Source: Lama glama (lineage: Eukaryota). Taken from it: DNA of 64,000 nt. Below the pieces are notes generated by a model. That model was not told where the DNA came from. It was given only the letters and a program-made list of their open reading frames with translations, and ran no database searches. Each line of letters opens with the position of its first letter. Positions within the stretch are counted from its first letter, which is position 1. This document shows, in pieces, positions 25,405-36,815 of this stretch. The DNA is taken from NCBI GenBank assembly GCA_028534125.1, contig CM052839.1, positions 6,324,001-6,388,000 of the forward strand, given 5' to 3'. The position numbers were made by a program, and so were the translations under genes.

Positions 25405-25490
25405 CACTGACAGCTGCGGCCCGGCCCCGCCCACCAAGCTAGCGCCCAATCAGCCCCGGGCTCGGGCCAGAGCCCCGCCCCGCACGTGCT
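25405..25490 (-). promoter_or_regulatory. SPNS2 proximal promoter: GC boxes, CCAAT box, E-box
   Basis: CCCCGCCC at 25425-25432 and 25473-25480, CCAATCAG at 25446-25453 and CACGTG at 25483-25488, just upstream of the presumed 5' UTR. Confidence 0.7.
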
Positions 25491-27975
25491 GCCCCCGGGG
25501 GCAGGGGGGGGCCAGGCCGCAGAGCCCCTCCCGCCCGACGGGGGCGCAGTCACTCCGGAGCCGAGTGGCCGCGGAGGCTGGCAAGGGCCAGAAGGGGTTT
25601 GGGGGAGCTACGGAGCTGGGAGTAGCATGCGGGGAGCCGGACTCCCCAGCACCCTCTCAGTGCCCTCCCTCCCCATTCCCTACCGTGGCGGAGACTCTGG
25701 GAGAAAGCTGAAGGCTCGAGCTCAGGGCATGTGGACATCCTGGAGAGAGGGTCTCAGTTAAGTCAGGGGCGCCAGTAGGAGAGCCCGTGGCCGCTCCAGC
25801 AGCTACTTATCCGCCATGATTTAGTTCAGGGAGGGCTGCATAAGAATCAAGTAGCTTGACTGTGGGGGCTTGGTCCAGGACTCAGGCCTCCACCAGGCAC
25901 AGAAGGCTATGTCGCCCACCTCCCCAGGGAAACACAGATCCAGCCCCCAGTCTTCCCCTGGGCCTATTCCTGTGTGCGCACCGAGGCCCTACCCCTGCCT
26001 CACAGAGAGGCAGCCTCTGGCAGGGAGAGCCAGGGCTGCAACTGGGACCCACCGGAAACAGGGCATTAAAAAGGGGCCTTCTCTCCTGAGGGCACACCAA
26101 CTGTAAGCATCAGACTTCCAGCTGTGCACTGGGGAAGGGACAAAGCCCTGAACAGGAGATAGGAGGTTGGGTCATACTGCAGTGGCATGACCATGGACAA
26201 GATCCCTAACACTCTCTGGGTCTCAGTTTCTCTCTGTGTGGGAACCAAGGAGAAGACGATTCAGATGATCCAAAAGTCAATGCATGCTCACTCCCCGTTG
26301 GGGGAGAGGGAAAGTCCTGTGTCCTGAGGAGAGTGGCTGTGTAGCTTCTGTATTCAGGGACTCAATCTCCACTTTCACCCATCTCAAAGACGCTGTGGTT
26401 CCAGGAAACCCCACCCCACCACCACCAATTAATTTGTTTGAGCCTTTGATTGAAATGAAGATACCGTACAAAGTGCTGAGGACAGAATGCTAGAACTAGA
26501 CACCAGGAAACCAGAATTATTCCCTGTGTTTCACACACATGTCCCAGGGCCCAGCTAGCTGCTGTCAGGGTTGGCCCTGACCCAGGTTGGTGTGACAACA
26601 CTGGCCTGGGCTAGGAGCTCAGTTCCCACTTCAGGCTGCTCCAGATCCCACGTCCATCGGCAGGTGTCTCTCGAGAAGGTGTCGGCCACAGTGAGTCACG
26701 GCATAGCCAAAGGGTGACGCAGCACAAGGCACTCCCCTCCCCCTCCTGCCCCACTCTCTTGTGAGCACAGTTAATCCCCAAGCTGGTGTTTCTTGGCACC
26801 TTCGAGGTGTATTTTAAATTCTGTGAAGTGACTAAAAATATGCTTCGTCGTGTTGGGTATGAATGACTGTGACGGGAGGGTTAGGAAAACAGATTTCATT
26901 CTGAAAGTTGCCTTGCTGCCTCTTTGCAGCTTGCTGGGTGCAGGCCTGCAAAGCTAGATGGGGGAAGTTCCACTGGGTGGCCCAGGATGACAGGTGATTA
27001 ACAGGTGAGAACAGACCTAGGAGCTCCACAGGGATGGGACTGAGCTCTGGCAATGACCTTCATAACTGTGTGATGGTGCCAGCTAGAGGACAGTGCCCAG
27101 CTGTGGGATGCAGCCAGCTGTGAAGGAGGCGCAACCATGGCACTAAGGCCAAGACAGTATAAGGAACTGTCCCCTTCCCACTCCCCAAATTCCTCATCCT
27201 TTCAGCCACAGCCCTGCACAGGGAGGCAGTTTTAGCCCTAGACCAGAAAGGGAAGCACTCCCTTTTCACAGCACTGCCTTTCCACCACTGGCTAGGCTCC
27301 AAAACAGGGGAAGATGACAGAGTTTTGAGCCTTTTAAATTTGGGGGACCTCTGAGCTGCCACCAAACAAGTCAGTCATTCCCACTCTGTGGGTTTTTCTG
27401 GGATTTTAGTTCAAAGGCACTCTCTAGAGTGGGTCCTTGAGTGGGATAAGGGGCCACCAAGGGCAGAGTGGTAGGGAGGACAATAAGCCCCTTTGAGTTG
27501 TGTGGCCCTGGGCAAGTCACCGTGGCCTCCTGAGAGCCTCAGCTAGCATCATGGGACCATCAGCTATAGAACTTGTAGGTTCTTATGTCCATCTCACCAA
27601 TAAAGAATCTGAGACCCAGGGAAGAGAAGTAATCTGCCTAAGGTCACATAACTAGTAAATGCCAGGGCTTGCACTAAACCCAGGTATGTCTGCCCCCTAA
27701 TCCAGTGTCTCCCCTACTGCTCCACAACGCTGCTTCTCCAGGCCAGAGCTTCCTCACCAACAGAACGGAGGCTGATCTCAACAATGGCTAAAGAGCCTCC
27801 TAATACTCACTAAGACCAGACCATAATTTCAAAACCAGTGGGACACAGGACATTAGTGGCCAGTGTTCCAAGGGCATACTGGGGAAATGGTGGGGATAAA
27901 CATAAATAAATAGGTTTCCTTACTGAGGAACGTATCCAGGCCTTTAACCTGAGACTGTACATTGGGAATCTCCCA

Positions 27976-28475
27976 NNNNNNNNNNNNNNNNNNNNNNNNN
28001 NNNNNNNNNNNNNNNNNNNNNNNNNNNNNNNNNNNNNNNNNNNNNNNNNNNNNNNNNNNNNNNNNNNNNNNNNNNNNNNNNNNNNNNNNNNNNNNNNNNN
28101 NNNNNNNNNNNNNNNNNNNNNNNNNNNNNNNNNNNNNNNNNNNNNNNNNNNNNNNNNNNNNNNNNNNNNNNNNNNNNNNNNNNNNNNNNNNNNNNNNNNN
28201 NNNNNNNNNNNNNNNNNNNNNNNNNNNNNNNNNNNNNNNNNNNNNNNNNNNNNNNNNNNNNNNNNNNNNNNNNNNNNNNNNNNNNNNNNNNNNNNNNNNN
28301 NNNNNNNNNNNNNNNNNNNNNNNNNNNNNNNNNNNNNNNNNNNNNNNNNNNNNNNNNNNNNNNNNNNNNNNNNNNNNNNNNNNNNNNNNNNNNNNNNNNN
28401 NNNNNNNNNNNNNNNNNNNNNNNNNNNNNNNNNNNNNNNNNNNNNNNNNNNNNNNNNNNNNNNNNNNNNNNNNNN
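27976..28475. other. Assembly gap of exactly 500 N, probably an unsized scaffold join
   Basis: Round length, unlike the other four gaps (164, 219, 177 and 140 N). Confidence 0.95.
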
Positions 28476-28489
28476 TATAAGCACCAAAG

Positions 28490-29070
28490 GGAGCTTTAAA
28501 CAATGTAAATCAGATATCATACCCCTTTCAAGGCTTCTGCTATAACCAAACTAAAATCCATCCTCTTTTCTGTGGTCAACAAGGCTCCTGTAAGATGACC
28601 TCTGCCTGCCTCTCTAACCCCCTTGGCCCTTATTTTGTCAGGCTCCAGTAGAGCTGCCGCACCCATGCTCACCCACGTTCTAGTCTTCAAACAAGCCAGG
28701 CTCTTTCTTACCATAGGGTCTTAGCAGTACCCGTTTCCTTGGCCCGGAATGCTCTTCCCCAGAATCCTCAAATGGCATCTCCTACTTGTAATTCAGATCT
28801 CAGCCTAAAAGTAATTATCTTGAGAGAGGACTTCCCTGACTACCTTATCTAAAATATATTTATTCACTTACCCTATTTATTTCCATCATATCACTTATCA
28901 TAATCCAGTGATGACTTTCATTTACTTTTTTAACTGACTGTCCTCTCCCACTGGATGTCAGTGCCATGTGAGCAGGGACTTGGTCTGCCTAGTTTACAAC
29001 TAGACCCTAGGTTTTAGAATCACCTCTATCTCCCAGTAGGTGCTCAATGAAATTTGTTAAATCAATGAAT
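28490..29070 (+). mobile_element. L2 3' fragment
   Basis: Ends GTAGGTGCTCAATGAAATTTGTTAAATCAATGAAT, the L2 3' terminus. Confidence 0.75.
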
Positions 29071-29160
29071 ACAGAGTTAGGCAGTTGAATGTGCAGATAT
29101 GAACTAGTGAAAGATTTGGGCTGGAGACAAAGATTTGGGAATTATAAAAAATAAATCTTA

Positions 29161-29331
29161 TACACAACAAGGTTCCACTGTATAGCACAGGGAACTATAT
29201 TCAATATCTTGTAATAACCTATAATGAGAAAGAATATGAAAAGGAATATACGTATGTATAATTAAAACACTATGCTGTACACCAGATACTAACACAACCT
29301 TGTAAACCAACCATACTTCAATTAAAAAAAA
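29161..29331 (+). mobile_element. 5'-truncated younger L1 3' end (laurasiatherian/artiodactyl type)
   Basis: CTGTATAGCACAGGGAACTATATTCAATATCTTGTAATAACCTATAATG...ATACTTCAATTAAAAAAAA, with an AAATCTTA TSD on both sides. Confidence 0.85.
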
Positions 29332-29339
29332 ATCTTAAT

Positions 29340-30150
29340 AAGCCAGGAGTACAAGGGAACTTCCTTGACCTGCTACAAGGATCTACAAAAAAATCTACAG
29401 CATGAAAAAAACAATGAAACATCAAAATAGTCCCTTTAAGAATGGAACAAGACAAAAGTGTCCACTAACACCTTTTCTACACAACTGTGCTGGAGAGCCT
29501 AGCCAGCACTGTGAGGGAAAAAAGAGAAACAATGTTTCAAAAGAAAGAAATAGAAATGTCAGTATCTGGACATATATTATTTATGTAAAAGAGCAAAATA
29601 ATCTATAGATTGGTTGTTAGAATTCAGTGAGGTTGCTGTATAAACACACACAAATCAATTGCTTTTTAAAATAATTTTTTATATACCAGAAAAATGCAGA
29701 CTACTTCAGTATTCTAAGCTTATCTCTGTATGTAAATGAAAACAACCATTCTATCATCACAAACATCTACATCACCGTGAACACAATGAATTAAAAAAAG
29801 AAAACAGCCTATAGACATACCAAAGCATGTTATCATGATACTTTAAAATACCAAAAATAACCAAAAAAGCATAGGATTACCCCGGAGAAGAAAAAAAAAT
29901 AGGTCACTGACAATGGAACAAGAATTAACAGCAACATTGGATGCTAAAAGAAAATGGACCAATGCTTTCACATATCTGAGGAAAAATTATTTGATTTTTA
30001 AACATAAAATTCTATACCCAGCAAAACTGGCAATAAATTATAGATGTTGAAAATAAAGGCATTTTCAAATGTATAAGGACTTGGAAAATTTGCCTCATGT
30101 ATACTCATCAGAAGTTATCTGATAATAGGCTCCAGGACAAGAAGGGAATA
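29340..30150 (+). mobile_element. Old L1 ORF2 and ORF1 fragments
   Basis: GGAACAAGACAAAAGTGTCCACT...CTAGCCAG (RT region) and AAAATTCTATACCCAGCAAAACTG (ORF1 3' region). Confidence 0.7.
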
Positions 30151-30395
30151 AACAAAAAAGAATTGGACTTGATTCAGGACATAGTAGACTTAGTCCAGGA
30201 GAGCAGCCAAGGGGAATGCTAGGAAGACTTCTATGCAGCAAACAGAGCCCAAAGCAACCAGCCCAAGTTAGAGGGTAATATGGAGATTTCTAAGAGGGAA
30301 ATTCCCAAGAAAAAGGGTTTGAAAGAGTAACTGATACAATAGCACTGACAAGGGATTGGGAAGGGAAGGATATTAATTATAATCAAGACAGCGCA

Positions 30396-30520
30396 GGGGG
30401 TGGGTATAGCTTAAGTGAAAAAGTGCAAGCTTAGCACGCAGGAGGTCCTGGGTTCAAGCCCCAGTACTTCCTCTAAAAATAAATAAACCTAATTATGCCC
30501 CCCTCAAAAAACCCAAAAAA
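30396..30520 (+). mobile_element. vic-1-type SINE
   Basis: Same tRNA-like head (GGGTATAGC...GGTTCAAGCCCCAGTACTTCC) and AATAAACCTAATTA tail. Confidence 0.88.
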
Positions 30521-31099
30521 CGTGCAAGAAAAAAGAAGTATAATTAGAAAGCCTAGGACTCCAAAGAATTTGTGTAAGGAATAAATATAATCCATTATAA
30601 TACCTGGTTTCCTATTCAACTTGTATAAAGTCACAATAGTGTAAAAACTACTGATGTAAATATAAATATGATAATTTAATGAAACTAAAAGAATAAGAGA
30701 TGGAAGCTGGCATGACAGTTAAATCCTTATCAGTTATAATAAGAATAAAGATATAAGGCCTGGAATTTGTTCTAAGTGAAAGAGGAAACCACGTTGTAAC
30801 AAGGCAGAATTTCTGATAACCTGCCTAAAGAGATCTCAGAGAAAGGCACCAATTCTCCAAGCCTATAGTTATTTGTCATTATTTCCTCATTCTAAATAGA
30901 CAGTCATATCCAAATCTTACTTAAATTTTTTATTCCTTCAAGAGAATCCTTCAAATGGGGTAAATTTTAGGCTTCATAAAACCTGGGTTAGACCCCTGGG
31001 GTTTGTTTTTCCAAAGGTGTGGGGACTCACTCTTAATGTTTATCTGTTCCTTTTAATTCTTGTTCTAGAAGGGAGAGTGCAGCCAGTTTTCTCAGTAAT

Positions 31100-31182
31100 G
31101 TTTATTTACTTACTTGTTTTTTATTGAAGTATAGTCGGTTTACAAAGTTGTATTAATTTCTGGCGTACAGCATAGTGATTCA
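31100..31182 (-). mobile_element. Very short L1 3' end
   Basis: TTTTTATTGAAGTATAGTCGGTTTACAAAGTTG...CAGCATAGTGATTC, with TSD TCAGTAAT at 31092-31099 and 31183-31190. Confidence 0.8.
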
Positions 31183-31967
31183 TCAGTAATTTTTAGAACC
31201 AAGAAACTGTATTAGAAACTGCTTCTCCTCTGGCTCCCTTATCTGGAGCTCACAGAGACCGTAAACCCTTTGAGGATAGGAACAGAGCTGTATTCTCTGT
31301 GTCTTCTACAGTCCAGGTACAAAGTTAACACAGGTTTAATAAATACTTGCTGAAAGAACAGATACATTTTAGTGCCATTAGGTATCACTTTTCCTTCTGC
31401 TCCCTCTATTGAGACTTTGTGTACGCAAGGCAAAAGGCTATGGGAATGAAGAGAGGAACTAGAGCTGGGTAAGCTTGCTTTTTCCAAACCCTATAACCCA
31501 CATTTTGGTTGTACACATTTAGATACCTTTCTGGACATTTTGTACTGTGTATATTAGATTTTCCTAACCTCAGCTCACCTTACACCTAGAGATTATTACT
31601 AATGATGTTTAAACACTTCATACTATGAGATGCAGAAAAATTTATTTCAAGAATCTTTTTGTGCGTTCTTTCGGTAAAGTGAATTGCCAGCATATGTTAG
31701 GCCTATTTTGGGAGTGTACTTAAAACGGGGCTCCCCAATAGTAAGTTCGTCTTTAACAATGACTAATTCGCATACCACGTGTGGAGTGCTAGATGCCTGT
31801 TGGGCACTCATCAACATCTAGGCACCTACCACTTCTTTTGGTCCCTTCACACCCAGACCACCTGCTTCAATCCGGAGGCGGTGTCTTGACCCTCCGTGAC
31901 CTCTTTGTCATGGCGTCTGCGGGGCGTCTGCCGCCGAGGCCTTGGCACTGGGCCGGGAGATGACCTT

Positions 31968-32235
31968 CCCAAGATGGCGGCGACAGGCGCAACTCCGCGT
32001 AGGGGGCAGGGTTCCGCCTCCGGAGGCGGGGCGGGGAGGCAGAGGGGTCGGACTAGCAGGCTGGCCGCTTCCGAAGTAGACAGCCCAGCGCGCCTGCGCG
32101 GAGCGGCCCTGAGCGCAGTGAGGCAGTGGCGGGGGAAGGCACCGGTGGGGCCGACGGGCGGGTTGAAGGAGGGAAGCGGGCGAGCGAGGTCCCAGTGCGC
32201 GCCGCGGCCGCACGGGTACCCTCCCCTTCCGGGCG
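31968..32235 (+). promoter_or_regulatory. UBE2G1 TATA-less housekeeping promoter: YY1, SP1, NRF1 and ETS motifs
   Basis: CAAGATGGCGGC (YY1) at 31970-31981, GGCGGGGCGGGG at 32025-32036, GCGCCTGCGC (NRF1) at 32090-32099, CTTCCGG (ETS) at 32226-32232. Confidence 0.75.
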
Positions 32236-32439
32236 TGAGGCGCTGTGAGGAAAGCTGAAGCGAGCGGACTCGCACCGGCAGCGAGGCGCCGCCACAGCAG
32301 CCTCAGCCCGGCCTCCCTCGGCTTCGGCGCTCCCGTCGTGGGGGCCCGGGTTCCTCAGCACACCCAGCTCCAGCAGCCTCAGAGTCTGTCCCCCGTCCTT
32401 CGAAAGCCCCGGCGCCAGCCTGGGCCCTTGGCGGGGAGG

Positions 32440-32485
32440 ATGACGGAGCTGCAGTCGGCACTGCTACTGCGAAGACAGCTGGCAG
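32440..32485 (+). CDS. UBE2G1: UBE2G1 coding part of exon 1 (46 nt); intron 1 runs past the window end
   Basis: ATG at 32440 gives MTELQSALLLRRQLA+G, the N-terminus of UBE2G1. Donor GCAG|gtgagc at 32486, inside a CpG island. Confidence 0.96.
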
Positions 32486-34992
32486 GTGAGCGAGCGGGCG
32501 GCGGGGCGCCGGGCCGGGCCGCGAGCGCGCCAGCAGCTGCCTGCTCCTCCTCCCTTGCTCCCGGCGCTCCTGGGCCGGCCGCCGGACAGCCGAGGGAGCG
32601 CGGGCCTGCGAGGGTGGGGAGCCCGGGCGCTCGTCCCGGCCGGGCCCAGCACTTCTTCCTCGGCTTTCTGAGAGTGTTGGGGGCGGGGACGCGCCCCAGC
32701 CTCGGCCCCACGACTGGGCCTGGGCCCGGGGGGAAGGAGGAGGGGTTGCCCCCTCCCCCACTGCTCGGTGGGACGTTGCGGGGGAGGGGCTGTGGGTCCC
32801 CAGCCCGGGCCGACCCTCCCAGGAGGGGCGGGTCCAGGCTCAGGTGCGGCCGAGACCGCCGGACCCGGGGGGCAGGAAGGACCGTCCGGGCCCGGCCGGC
32901 TGCGAGTTCCCGGCTCGGGTGTCGCAGCCGCGGGCGGGCAGCGGGGGCGAGGGTGGGCGAGAGGAACTGGCCCCCGGGCGGATAGGTGAGGCGCGCCAAA
33001 CTTCTGCTGGGGCAGCGCCGGGTCCGCGGAGTTGTGGCGGACAACAAAAGCGCCGGCCTCCGCGGCCTGCTCGCGGGCGCGCGGGGGTCTGAGAACCCGG
33101 CAGGGCGCGGGACGCCGCCTCGCCTGCCTCCGCCTGTCACTGGCTCCGGCTGCGCCGCCCGGCTGGGGGAGGGTAGGAGCGGGCCGAGCCGAGAGCCGCT
33201 CGCTGGCCGGCTCGGGGCTTTGTGCTCCGAGCGATTCCGGCTCCTGCGCAGGCCTGCAGGTTCCCGGGGCTGCGGCCCGCGGGCTCAGGCTTGGGGCGGC
33301 GCCCGGGTCAGCCTCCCCAGAGGTGCCTGCGTCCCCCCTCCCCCATTGTCCCGGCCTCCGGCCGTTTGCGGCTTCCAGGTTGACTTTTTAGGGGGTTGGC
33401 TCCGACTCTGCTAGGACTGTGTGAACGGAGCATGCGCACTGGAGACGTACGTGTGCGAAGTGTAAGGGGGAGGCGGGTTGGTGGCTTTACAATGCCGCCC
33501 CACGTGCTGCCAGATTTAAAGAGAAATGAACCAGCGGTTACCCCTGCTGCCCTACGCCCGGCGGGTGTCCTTCTGGGTCCTGGAGGATCTTCACCTCCCC
33601 ACACTACAGCCAGCGGCCCTGAGCCCTCGGTAGAAGCCATAGGCAGGAATGGAGACATCTATGTTTGAAACAGGTTTACTAACAGTTTGAGGTGTTAGTT
33701 AAATCACCTTTATGGCTTCTTAAGGAAAAGGTTGTTAGGGGCTGTTATAGATTGTATAACTAGGTTTATTATTAGACCATGAGCAAGCAGGTTTGGACAA
33801 GTATCAAAGTTCGGGATGCTCAGGGGGAGTGAGTTGGAGTGCATGGAGAAGTTCGAGTGATACCTGTGTCCACGAATAATGTATTGGACAGGCAATGAAA
33901 GAATAACAACTTTATTGCATCTTACATTTGCAAACATACCTTACTTTTCTGTGTATTTTGTTTTTGTTTTGTTTTGGAGGGAGGAATTGAGATGTTCTTT
34001 TGTCTCCCTAAGAATTCTTTAATCAGGATAAGTTTTAATTATGAGGTGAACTATTAACCAGTATTAAAATACTAAATCGGTATTAAAACAGAACTCAACT
34101 CTTAAAATAGTGGGAAAGATACACATTTCAAAAGTGTAAAAGAAGTTATGCAGTTACATAGAAAGTATGACTAATAACAGTGTTAGTAGCAATATTTCAG
34201 AACTTTTAACGACCCATTTGTGAACAGGCTCTAAATTTGACAGTCACTTGGTTCACTTTTGCACTCTTTTAGAAGGTGAAACCCAATATTGATAAAACAT
34301 TTCCCAAAGTTCTTTATTAATGGTTGACTTTTTGATAAGGCACACTAAGGTATGCTTTAAGGTTGGAGGACAGAATGATTTAGTTTGTAATTTTCCAAGC
34401 CTCATTATAAAATTATTTAGCTGCTGGTTAATTTTTCTTGTCTTTTTGATCAGAAACAATGGACTGTTCTTAATATTTTCTTAAACTTTTGAAGGGTTTT
34501 AATGAGTATGCTCAAAATGCACAATATAGGCCAAGGCCAGTGCATTAAGTGAAATGTAAAAATATCAGATTTATTGGAAAGACTTGATAACTGCTTACTG
34601 AAATAAAGGCCCTGTTGGGTTTTAGTAGTACATTGTTTGAGTGGTTCTTCAAATATCATTTGAAAACAGGAAAGAATGGTAAATTAATCTCTTGAAATCA
34701 TTTAGAGCTAACTTTTGGAAGGCTTAATAATAAATGCTTTAAAAATCTTAAAATGTATTGAATTCAGTAGGCACATGAACCAGTCAGCCATTCTAGCTGC
34801 TAGAATTTCAGAAACTTACAACAGTGACCAACAATGGTTACATTTATTGAGCCCTTAGCCTGCCAGTCCTTAAGGATTTTACTTCATTATTTGAGGGGAG
34901 AATTTATTGTGTGTGTATTTTGTTTTGTTGTTAACTGTAATGAAGAACCTGGTTACTTTCAGAGTGAAGCAGAATAGTTCCTTGGGTTGCAT

Positions 34993-35200
34993 GCAGTTTC
35001 TCAGCCTCAGCATTGCTGACATTTTGGGCTGATGATTGTTGTGCGGACCTATACGATTCATAATAAAATGTCTAGCAGCATTCTTGGCCTCTGTCCACCA
35101 GATACCAGGAGTACACCTCCTCAGCTGTGACAGCCAAAAATGTCTCTTGTTGTCAGATGTCCCCTGAGGGACAAAATCATCCCAAGTTGAAAAATTACTG
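34993..35200 (-). mobile_element. MER20 (hAT-Charlie), near full length
   Basis: TGTGACAGCCAAAAATGTCTC...GATGTCCCCTGAGGGACAAAATCATCCCAAGTTGAAAAATTACTG matches the recalled MER20 reverse complement. Confidence 0.82.
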
Positions 35201-35574
35201 ATTTAAGATGTTTTAGTTAAGACCATAATGGCCATTGTGAAGCAAGTAGAACACCTAACCAATTCATGACATCAAATAGTTTGTGTATTTCTTTGTGGAT
35301 ATTATTAGACTATGACTTACTCCTTTGCGAATTCAGCAGTGACAGTTCAGCTTTTGCAGGGCATAGTGATAAGCGCTAAGAAACCCCACAGCACAAGAGA
35401 TAATTTAAAATTATTAATTTTTTTGAAAAGGTATTATGAGCACTGGTTAAAAATACAAAGAGTACAAAAAGGTACAGTCTTTCCACACTGACCCAGAGTT
35501 CTTTTCTTGGCAGCAACATTGATAATTTCTTTTATGTGTTGTCAGAGAGATTCCTGTACTGTGTATGTTTATAT

Positions 35575-35760
35575 AGGCTAATGTTTACTGAGGACTAACA
35601 TGTACTAGGCATTATGCTGAGAGGGTTACATGTATTATCTCATTTAATCCTCCCAATAAGGAAATAGAGGCTGAGAGAGGTTAACTTGTCCAAGGTCACA
35701 CAGATAAAAGTGGTGCTGCTAGATTTACATTCAGGACCTTCCTGTTAGAGACTTTGTTGT
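35575..35760 (-). mobile_element. MIR
   Basis: TTATCTCATTTAATCCTCCCAA...GAGGCTGAGAGAGGTTAACTTGTCCAAGGTCACACAG. Confidence 0.8.
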
Positions 35761-36343
35761 TTTTAAGTGGCTTTATTACCTTCCAGGGAGCAACAATTTA
35801 GAGCAGACGTGAAATATGGTTTTAAATATTCAGTAAGTACCAAAATGATTGGGAAAATGTTCCCATTTTAGTAAAATTTGTTGTACAAAGTAATGCACGT
35901 TAAAGATATTTTAGCCATTGTCAACTTAAGACCAACGTTCTGCATAATTAAGGAAAATCTCTTTGAATTTAATAGACAAAGGAGGGGTAAGCTTTTTGTT
36001 GTTGGCAATTAACTCTGAGGGAAAAAAAATGGACTAATTTTTCTCTACTCTAGTGATACTAAGTTTTACTTTATAACAAGCATTTATAAGGAATATAGAG
36101 GTGTTTTTTTAAGATCACTTAAGGTTTTTTTTTCAACATTGACAACGCAGATTTTCCGTAGTTACATCCTCATAGGCACCTGTCATTCCAGAACTAAGAA
36201 GAATCTCTTTATGCAGTAACAATAAAATAACTGAACTTATTTTACTATAAAGATTTTGATTGTATTTTAAAGTAATCTGGAACGTGCCCAAATCTTTGTC
36301 TCCTTGGCTACCCATGTAAGCAGGTTGTAGTAAGCTAGTTATT

Positions 36344-36520
36344 TGTGTTCTCAGACTTATGTGCAATAAAATCACTTGGGAGTCTGTTAAAAATACAGAT
36401 TCCAGGCCTCATCTCCACAGAATATTAGTCTACATGTCCAGATGGGGCCAAAAAAACCCAGTTTTTAAAATATTACTTTGAGTGTCTATGGAGCTGGTGT
36501 TCTGAGCCCCACACTTTTGG
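36344..36520. mobile_element. MER5A-like DNA transposon
   Basis: AATCACTTGGGAGTCTGTTAAAAATACAGATTCCAGGCCTCATCTCCA. Confidence 0.6.
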
Positions 36521-36815
36521 TAGGTGCCCTAAGCTTTTTTGTTGTCCGCTGGAGGACTGACTACCTGCAGGTAGCCCAGTGCCTGGTTTTTGTGATGTTT
36601 TTAGCAGCTCTGGTGTTGGAGGGCATTGAAGAAATACTCTTTAAAAGGGGGAGTTAGATTTAATATTTCTTCATGGCCTTTCTAGAATATATTGGCACTC
36701 TTGACATACATTTCCATTGACAATATTAAACAAGCAGAAATAGAATAACTGATTATTGACAGGAATACCCTAGTGGTAGAAGATTCTGAGTGGTGAACAT
36801 AATGCTAGTATTCCT

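Larger units (their letters stand above)
24150..25700. promoter_or_regulatory. SPNS2 CpG island (promoter, exon 1 and start of intron 1)
   Basis: Very high GC and dense CpG compared with the CpG-poor flanks; overlaps the first exon. Confidence 0.9.
31870..33630. promoter_or_regulatory. UBE2G1 CpG island (promoter, exon 1 and start of intron 1)
   Basis: About 1.7 kb of extreme GC/CpG density with a sharp drop to AT-rich sequence near 33650. Confidence 0.93.

Noticed and set aside
25800-27975. Possible SPNS3 3' exon remnants upstream of SPNS2
   Set aside because: No minus-strand translation in the ORF track or by eye resembles a spinster C-terminus. A sensitive tblastn is still needed to exclude decayed fragments.
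27810-28520. ORFs of 172-236 aa (similar ones occur at 38911-39838)
   Set aside because: Artefacts of translating through N runs.
31974-32258. ATG ORF MAATGATP... in strong Kozak-like context
   Set aside because: The ATG is the core of the YY1 motif upstream of the likely TSS, and the product resembles no known protein.
31847-33668. Long overlapping ORFs (up to 253 aa) around UBE2G1 exon 1
   Set aside because: Low-complexity Pro/Arg/Gly/Ala products of a stop-poor CpG island. Only the 46-nt exon matches a known protein.
34088-34110. CAG|AACTCAAC, resembling the start of UBE2G1 exon 2 (ELN...)
   Set aside because: No pyrimidine tract, the match ends after 8 nt and a stop follows. The real exon 2 is outside the window.
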